32,000 nt of DNA from Vibrio alginolyticus NBRC 15630 = ATCC 17749 (GTDB lineage Bacteria > Pseudomonadota > Gammaproteobacteria > Enterobacterales > Vibrionaceae), in the NCBI RefSeq assembly GCF_000354175.2, contig NC_022349.1, positions 1 to 32,000 of the forward strand. The letters are read 5' to 3'. Under the pieces are notes generated by a model. It was not told the origin of the DNA, made no database searches, and saw nothing but the letters and a program-made list of their open reading frames with translations. How positions within the stretch are numbered: position 1 is the first letter of the stretch; the number at the start of each line of letters is the position of its first letter. A program made the translations under genes and the position numbers. Shown here in pieces: positions 27,167-32,000 of this stretch.

Positions 27167-29170
27167 ATGACAACTTTTGCTCGAACACTGTTGCTTTTTG
27201 CATGTTGCCTCTTGAGTTTGAATGTAAAAGCCGAAGCCCCTTTAATTGCTCATTATAAAGTCGCGACTGAAGCGGATGATGTCGTCACTCGTGTTCTTTT
27301 CAATGCTGCTTCAAAGGAGTTTGGCTTTACCGTTCAATACGTGAACTACTCCAGCTTTGATGCCATTCTAAATTCAGTAGCGAATGGGGAAGCGGACTTT
27401 GCTGCGAATATCACTTACACACAAGAACGTGCTCAACGTTTTAGTTATTCCCGCCCAACAAATATCGAATATACCTACCTCTTTGGTTTAAAAGATTCGA
27501 CGTTGAGTGACATTTCGCGTGTTGGCATCCCCAAAGATACAGTTTATGCCCAATTACTTAAACAACACTACCCTGAGCTAGAACAGATCTCTTATCAAGG
27601 TCATGAACAAGCAGTAACACTGCTACGTTCAGGTGCTGTGGACGGCGTTGTCGATGCCATTAACCAGCTCAAGCCGATGCTGATGGAGGGGTTTGACGCC
27701 AAGATGCTCAATGATCAGATTTCGATAAAGCCCGTATCCATCATCAGTAAAAAAGATCATCATCTTGAGGAGTTGGACACGTTCGCTACGTTTATTCACG
27801 GGGAAGCGGTGCAAAAGCAGCTTCGCGAAGAAATTTCCCAGTATCAATTTGAATTAAGGCGAGCAGCGTTGCGTGATTCTATTCGTTTATTACCCCTTGA
27901 TTTTAATGAACCAATACGGATTAAGCTCGAATCTATCTTTCCATATGTTGTATACAACGCAGATGGTAGTGTCGAAGGGATGACGGCTGATGTAGTCCTG
28001 AGAAGTTGTGAGATCTTGGCTTTAAACTGCTTGATCATTAGTGAGCCTGGTGAAAGCTGGGGTTCTATGTACCATGAGTTTATCCAAGGTAATTTCGAAA
28101 TTTTGGCGCCGTTAACGGTCAGCCGTGAGCGGCGCGCATTTAGCTACTTTCCAAAGTCCCATTACGCGCCAGCATCGGTGATGGTCAAGCGTTTAGGTTA
28201 CAAACCGAGCACATACTCTCATGTTTCACAGTTGATATCTGAGCGGATTGGCGTAGTTAAGGATGACTTTTTCGATCAAATGATGACGCAACTGTTACCG
28301 CTAAAAGAACTCAAACGTTATCGTACCCAACAAGAACTCATTCAGGGGCTATTAAATGAAGAAGTCGATTACATTCCGATGGATACGGCGATGCTCAATC
28401 ATTTTTTACGTCTCAGTGAACTGGTTCCGATAGAGCAGGATACCGCTATTGGCGAGTTTTATGAGTCTCAACTCTCTGTTGGATTGGTCGCGAATGAAAA
28501 AGGAGCCATGCTTGCGCCTTTCTTCAGTCGAGCGATAGCGATGTTAGAAGTTGATAAGATCATTGCTCAGTACGATGTACGCCCAGATTGGCGTACCGCA
28601 CTTGAATATGAGATTCGATTAGCGACGCAAACACAAGCTGTGTTTATCTTTGTATTATTGTTTGCTATTTGTGTTTCGCTTTATCTTTACCGTCAATCGA
28701 ACACTGACAACTTAACAGGGTTAAGGAATCGTCGTGCGTTGCAAGTAAAGTATCGAAAAGGAGTAAACAAAGATCTATCCATACTTTACTTAGACATTAA
28801 TCATTTCAAACGAATCAATGACACTTATGGGCATCGCGCTGGGGACGAAGTTTTACAACTACTGGCACTAAAAATTCATTATGTCTGGTCGGGAAGATGT
28901 TATCGAATTGGAGGGGATGAGTTCATATTGCTGGGTTATCCAACGCAAGCCGAGTTAACTAGAGCAATGAGAGAGCTCAGTAGAATCGACGTGAAAGGCA
29001 AATTATGTAGTGATTTGGAGTCTATAAGTATCTCTATTGGTTTCTCTGCAAAAAGGGAACGGCACATGAGCTTAGAGCAAGCGATGCATTTGGCTGATGA
29101 AGACATGTACATGAGTAAGCAGTCCTCACGGCACGACTCCTCTTATCGTGACTGCACGGTTTCATCATAA
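27167..29170 (+). CDS. Diguanylate cyclase with two periplasmic SBP_bac_3 (PBPb) domains, one TM segment and a GGDEF domain (CdgH-like architecture)
   Basis: 667-aa ORF. Signal peptide LLFACCLLSLNVKAEA, then two solute-binding-like modules (ANGEADFAANITYTQERAQRFSYSRP and QGNFEILAPLTVSRERRAFSYFPKSHY). The TM segment is AVFIFVLLFAICVSLYLY. The GGDEF domain carries an intact RIGGDEF and no RxxD I-site five residues upstream (the sequence there is SGRCYR). Confidence 0.88.
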   Translation: MTTFARTLLLFACCLLSLNVKAEAPLIAHYKVATEADDVVTRVLFNAASKEFGFTVQYVNYSSFDAILNSVANGEADFAANITYTQERAQRFSYSRPTNIEYTYLFGLKDSTLSDISRVGIPKDTVYAQLLKQHYPELEQISYQGHEQAVTLLRSGAVDGVVDAINQLKPMLMEGFDAKMLNDQISIKPVSIISKKDHHLEELDTFATFIHGEAVQKQLREEISQYQFELRRAALRDSIRLLPLDFNEPIRIKLESIFPYVVYNADGSVEGMTADVVLRSCEILALNCLIISEPGESWGSMYHEFIQGNFEILAPLTVSRERRAFSYFPKSHYAPASVMVKRLGYKPSTYSHVSQLISERIGVVKDDFFDQMMTQLLPLKELKRYRTQQELIQGLLNEEVDYIPMDTAMLNHFLRLSELVPIEQDTAIGEFYESQLSVGLVANEKGAMLAPFFSRAIAMLEVDKIIAQYDVRPDWRTALEYEIRLATQTQAVFIFVLLFAICVSLYLYRQSNTDNLTGLRNRRALQVKYRKGVNKDLSILYLDINHFKRINDTYGHRAGDEVLQLLALKIHYVWSGRCYRIGGDEFILLGYPTQAELTRAMRELSRIDVKGKLCSDLESISISIGFSAKRERHMSLEQAMHLADEDMYMSKQSSRHDSSYRDCTVSS

Positions 29171-29234
29171 AGGAATGAATTGATCGAGTTTTGTTCAAAC
29201 GGTAATGAAATGATGAAATTCAAGGTTTTTGCTC

Positions 29235-29263
29235 TTGCATTATGAGAGCTGATACTGAATAAT
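29235..29263 (+). promoter_or_regulatory. Candidate ffs promoter
   Basis: TTGCAT (29235-29240), a 17-nt spacer, AATAAT (29258-29263), followed by the GC-rich CGCCCC. The predicted leader of about 30 nt before the mature 5' end is consistent with the RNase P-processed precursor known for E. coli 4.5S RNA. Confidence 0.4.
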
Positions 29264-29303
29264 CGCCCCATCGATTGAGGCAAGACCTCTCGAAAAGAAT
29301 TAT

Positions 29304-29409
29304 GGGGCTCTGGTCCTCTCGCAACAATAGCTCGTGAACTCGGTCAGGTCCGGAAGGAAGCAGCCGCAGCGTGTGACTTGTGTGCCGGGATGTGGCTGGG
29401 GTCCCACCC
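29304..29409 (+). ncRNA. ffs: 4.5S RNA / signal recognition particle RNA
   Basis: GGGGCTCTGGTCCTCTCGCAAC...CGGTCAGGTCCGGAAGGAAGCAGCCGCAG...GTGTGCCGGGATGTGGCTGGGGTCCCACCC contains the universally conserved domain IV core GGUCAGGUCCGGAAGGAAGCAGCC. It is collinear with E. coli ffs. The 5' and 3' ends pair, and a strong terminator follows. End positions are accurate to within a few nt. Confidence 0.92.
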
Positions 29410-29413
29410 TTTG

Positions 29414-29448
29414 AAAGCCCTGCGTTATCGCAGGGCTTTTTTCGTTTT
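29414..29448 (+). terminator. Rho-independent terminator of ffs
   Basis: AAAGCCCTGCG-TTAT-CGCAGGGCTTTTTTCGTTTTT. Confidence 0.85.
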
Positions 29449-29616
29449 TGAGCCTTCTTTTATTTTGGCTACGCTTGGTGTTCAACGTCTTCTGATGATC
29501 AAGCTTCTTGAGGTTATTTAGGTATAATTTATAATCTCATCCGCTCGATACCGAACTTTCGTGAAGATTGTTTAGGGTACACTCGCCGAATAACCATTTT
29601 CACCTGGGATACTTTA

Positions 29617-30351
29617 ATGATTTCAAAAAACCAATTAAAACTGCTTCGTGCTTTAGGTCAAAAGAAACAGCGTAAAGCGCATGGCTTATTCCTAGTTCAG
29701 GGTGAAAAGAACGTACTAGAGCTAGCAAGTAGTTCATTGAAGGTGAAGCAGGTTTTTGCAACAGCGGCATTTCTCGAACAAAATGCTGGTACGCTAAATC
29801 GTTTTGATTGTGTTGAAGCATCGCTTGATGAATTGACCAAAGCGAGCACGCTTGTGAGCAATAATGCGGCCATTGCTGTGGTTGAAATTCCGAGTGTAAA
29901 AGAGCCTCAAGCGAAAGGCTTGATGATTGCGCTAGATGGTGTATCCGACCCTGGTAATCTAGGTACGATTATTCGTGTTGCAGACTGGTATGGCATCAAG
30001 CACATTATTGCGAGTACAGATTGTGCTGATCCTTATAATCCTAAAACGATCAGTGCGACCATGGGCAGCTTTGGCCGCGTACAAGTGAGTTTGGTGGATT
30101 TGCCAAGTTACTTGGAACACGCCAAATTGCCAGTATATGGCGCGTTTTTGGAAGGAGAGAGCGTTCATAAAACGGATTTCGCTGCTGAAGGTATTTTGTT
30201 GATGGGCAGCGAATCTCATGGTGTGCGCGAAGCCGCAGCAAAATTCGTGACAGATAAGATCACGATTCCGGCGTTTGGCGGTGCCGAATCACTGAATGTC
30301 GCGATGGCGACTGGCATTATTTTAGACAACATGCGCCGCCAACATAGCTAA
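29617..30351 (+). CDS. TrmH/SpoU-family RNA 2'-O-methyltransferase
   Basis: 244-aa ORF with an N-terminal SpoU substrate-binding-type region (LKLLRALGQKKQRKAHGLFLVQGEKNV). SPOUT motifs are present: LDGVSDPGNLGTIIRVADWYG, LLMGSESHGV and ESLNVAMATGIIL. Confidence 0.85.
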   Translation: MISKNQLKLLRALGQKKQRKAHGLFLVQGEKNVLELASSSLKVKQVFATAAFLEQNAGTLNRFDCVEASLDELTKASTLVSNNAAIAVVEIPSVKEPQAKGLMIALDGVSDPGNLGTIIRVADWYGIKHIIASTDCADPYNPKTISATMGSFGRVQVSLVDLPSYLEHAKLPVYGAFLEGESVHKTDFAAEGILLMGSESHGVREAAAKFVTDKITIPAFGGAESLNVAMATGIILDNMRRQHS

Positions 30352-30368
30352 TGCAACAATTACTTAAT

Positions 30369-30407
30369 AACAAAGCCAGTCTATTTGACTGGCTTTGTTG
30401 TATTTTG
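30369..30407 (+). terminator. Rho-independent terminator
   Basis: AACAAAGCCAGTC-TATTT-GACTGGCTTTGTT forms a 13-bp stem and is followed by GTATTTT. Confidence 0.75.
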
Positions 30408-30596
30408 CCTAGAAAAATCAGCCTGGCTGAATCTTGCGTTTAACGAAATACAGTGAATGTTGTTCGGTGAGTTAATTTTGTTTTAGTTCAATAGGCTGTG
30501 CCTATAAATAAAATTACTCCTTTCCATTTAGTAAAATCAGGAAATTAGGCGACACTTATCTAAAGGCCGCAATAAAATGCCCTTAAGGAGATAAGA

Positions 30597-31016
30597 ATGC
30601 ATTCATTAAAAGTAAAAGATTACATGACGTTGCAAGCGGTGACTTTCACGAAAGATATGTCACTTTCGGCAGCTTTAAACAAAGTAATGCAAAGTGTCAC
30701 ACTAGGTGGCCCTGTCATTGATGAAAATGAAAAAGTGGTTGGGTTTTTATCGGAGCAAGACTTATTAGATAAGTTGGTGAAAGCAAGTTATCACTGCCAA
30801 GATACACATACGGTACAAGAGTGTATGCATGATGATGTCTTATCTGTTTCTCCAGAAATGTCAGTAATTGAACTGGCTGACATGATGAAAGTTGGAAAGC
30901 CGAAAATGTATCCAGTGGTGGATGGCAAAGGTAAGTTGGTTGGTGTTATCACAAGAAGAGACGTGCTGCGTGCCATAGGAATGACATTAAATGAGTGTTT
31001 TAAGCATCCCGTTTAA
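30597..31016 (+). CDS. CBS-pair domain protein
   Basis: 139-aa ORF preceded by AAGGAG. It has two CBS motifs (VKDYMT...VIDENEKVVGFLSEQDLL and VQECMHDDVLSV...VVDGKGKLVGVITRRDVLRA). Confidence 0.85.
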   Translation: MHSLKVKDYMTLQAVTFTKDMSLSAALNKVMQSVTLGGPVIDENEKVVGFLSEQDLLDKLVKASYHCQDTHTVQECMHDDVLSVSPEMSVIELADMMKVGKPKMYPVVDGKGKLVGVITRRDVLRAIGMTLNECFKHPV

Positions 31017-31062
31017 CCTCTCTGTTTAAACTTTACGGAATATTGCTTTTAAACTGGTTTGG

Positions 31063-31090
31063 AAAGACGCTTCGGCGTCTTTTTTATTTT
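31063..31090 (+). terminator. Rho-independent terminator
   Basis: AAAGACGC-TTCG-GCGTCTTTTTTATTTT, with a tetraloop hairpin followed by a T-run. Confidence 0.78.
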
Positions 31091-31116
31091 CTATCGCCGA
31101 ACTGTACAAATTTATC

Positions 31117-31148
31117 TTGACCTTGGAGCTTACTCTAAGGTTTATCCT
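31117..31148 (+). promoter_or_regulatory. MerR-type (ZntR-like) promoter/operator of zntA
   Basis: TTGACC (31117-31122), a 20-nt spacer, TATCCT (31143-31148). The dyad ACCTTGGAG...CTCTAAGGT spans the spacer with 8 of 9 positions complementary. The -35 core TTGAC, the -10 hexamer, the 20-bp spacing and roughly 12 of 20 spacer bases match the E. coli PzntA sequence as I recall it. Confidence 0.7.
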
Positions 31149-31188
31149 TAGCAATAGGTAAATCACCGATACCAATAAGGAAAAAATT

Positions 31189-32000
31189 ATGTGTACAAAA
31201 CATCAAGGTTGCCAATCTAGCAAAATCAAAACTGCGGTGCCGCTTGGTGCAAGCGAGTCATGCTGTGCGCCAGTAAAATCTTCGCTCAATATCTCTCAGG
31301 CCAGTGTTGATGTTTCTGAAAGCTCTTGCTGTAGTGGAGGAGGCTGCAGCGTTGACACAGGCGAGGAAGACGATCCCACAAGGGAGAGTAATTCCTCCGT
31401 TCGGAACGCTTGGCTTGTGTCAGGTATGGATTGCCCATCTTGTGCGCAAAAGCTTGAGAAAGCCATTACGTCTTTACAAGGCGTCAGCCAAGCCAAGGTT
31501 TTGTTTGCAACAGAAAAACTGGTCGTCGATTTTGATGGTCTAGAGCTGATAGCTACGATAGAGCAGACAGCCCAAAAAACGGGTTTCCCGCTCTCTTCAC
31601 TTGATGCTCCAAAACCAAGCACTACAAAGAAAGGCTGGCTTGGCGTCATAAGAGACAACATCCAAATTCTCTCGATTGCTGGTGCAATGGCTACTGCGGC
31701 AGTAATTTCTAAGATCGACCCTCAAATAAGCGCTTGGTTATTCACTTTGACGTGTTTACTTGGTTTATACCCAATCGCGCTCAAAGCATTTAAGTTGGCG
31801 CGTAGCGGTACGCCTTTTGCGATTGAAACGTTAATGAGTGTAGCGGCGCTCGGCGCTTTATATTTAGGTGAAACCGCCGAAGCCGCAATGGTGTTATTGC
31901 TTTTCCTTATTGGTGAAAAGTTAGAAGCATATGCATCATCTCGCGCGCGAAGCGGTGTCCAGGCGTTAATGGACTTAGTCCCAGAAAATTCAATTTTAAT
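31189..32000 (+). CDS. zntA: Zn/Cd/Pb-translocating P1B-type ATPase, 5' partial (runs off the window)
   Basis: This ORF is not in the supplied track because it is open-ended. My own translation from ATG 31189 gives MCTKHQGCQSS...SESCCAPV...SSCCSGGGCSVD...WLVSGMDCPSCAQKLEKAI...TPFAIETLMSVAALGALYLGETAEAAMVLLLFLIGEKLEAYASSRARSGVQALMDLVP. That comprises a Cys-rich leader, an HMA domain with GMDCPSC, and TM/actuator blocks collinear with E. coli ZntA. Confidence 0.9.
   Translation, partial: MCTKHQGCQSSKIKTAVPLGASESCCAPVKSSLNISQASVDVSESSCCSGGGCSVDTGEEDDPTRESNSSVRNAWLVSGMDCPSCAQKLEKAITSLQGVSQAKVLFATEKLVVDFDGLELIATIEQTAQKTGFPLSSLDAPKPSTTKKGWLGVIRDNIQILSIAGAMATAAVISKIDPQISAWLFTLTCLLGLYPIALKAFKLARSGTPFAIETLMSVAALGALYLGETAEAAMVLLLFLIGEKLEAYASSRARSGVQALMDLVPENSIL

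Noticed and set aside
29300-29485. A 61-aa minus-strand ORF.
   Set aside because: It lies entirely antisense to the 4.5S/SRP RNA gene and its terminator, so it is an artefact of GC-rich structured RNA sequence.
30406-30596. Short palindromes (TCAGCC-T-GGCTGA near 30414-30432 and ATAGGC-TGT-GCCTAT near 30492-30506) upstream of the CBS-pair gene, considered as a possible riboswitch or operator.
   Set aside because: The stems are only 6 bp, I recognise no conserved riboswitch core, and such palindromes are expected by chance in a 190-bp AT-rich promoter region.
31296-31661. A 121-aa minus-strand ORF and a 79-aa plus-strand ORF (31304-31543) near the window end.
   Set aside because: Both are shadow or out-of-frame ORFs inside the real open-ended zntA frame that starts at 31189. 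The zntA frame has the HMA CxxC domain and conserved P-type ATPase blocks.

Overview
The window reads as conserved chromosomal backbone of a Vibrio-like gammaproteobacterium; that assignment is inferred from gene content and protein similarity recalled from memory, with no search run. Gene order is as follows. (1) A complete menaquinone operon, menF-menD-menH-menB-menC-menE (1-7223, +). (2) A YeiH-family membrane protein (-). (3) A tetR plus LplT-like MFS::PlsC-acyltransferase fusion operon (-). (4) A Tim44-like protein (+). (5) Two tandem tRNA-Tyr(GUA) genes (-) driven by an E. coli tyrT-like stringent promoter. (6) An RND efflux pair, adaptor plus pump (+). (7) A small outer-membrane beta-barrel protein (-) and a DUF1244-like protein (+). 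(8) A fold-type-II PLP enzyme (-) divergent from a YbaO/DecR-like Lrp regulator (+). (9) A 455-bp very AT-rich spacer followed by a 1013-aa lipoprotein made of about 9 Ig-like repeats with an unrecognisable C-terminal domain (+). (10) tesB (-), a ybaY-like lipoprotein (+) and atl (-). (11) An unknown polytopic membrane protein and a dual-SBP GGDEF cyclase (+). (12) 4.5S/SRP RNA ffs (+), a TrmH-family methyltransferase and a CBS-pair protein (+). (13) The 5' part of zntA (+), preceded by a MerR/ZntR-type 20-bp-spacer promoter. Three sets of features are absent from the supplied ORF track and were found by reading the DNA: ffs, the two tRNAs, and the open-ended zntA ORF. I found no transposase, integrase, CRISPR array, phage genes or recognisable defence genes, and no convincing multi-gene novel system. 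The most accessory-looking and least explained locus is the AT-rich leader plus the orphan Ig-repeat lipoprotein (20579-24076). Secondary leads are the DecR-like/PLP-enzyme divergon, the tetR-lplT::acyltransferase operon, a recurring TGTAAGCAGT palindrome, and a roughly 490-bp unexplained non-coding stretch downstream of the tRNA-Tyr pair. All homology statements rest on motif recognition and recalled sequences; no database search was possible.
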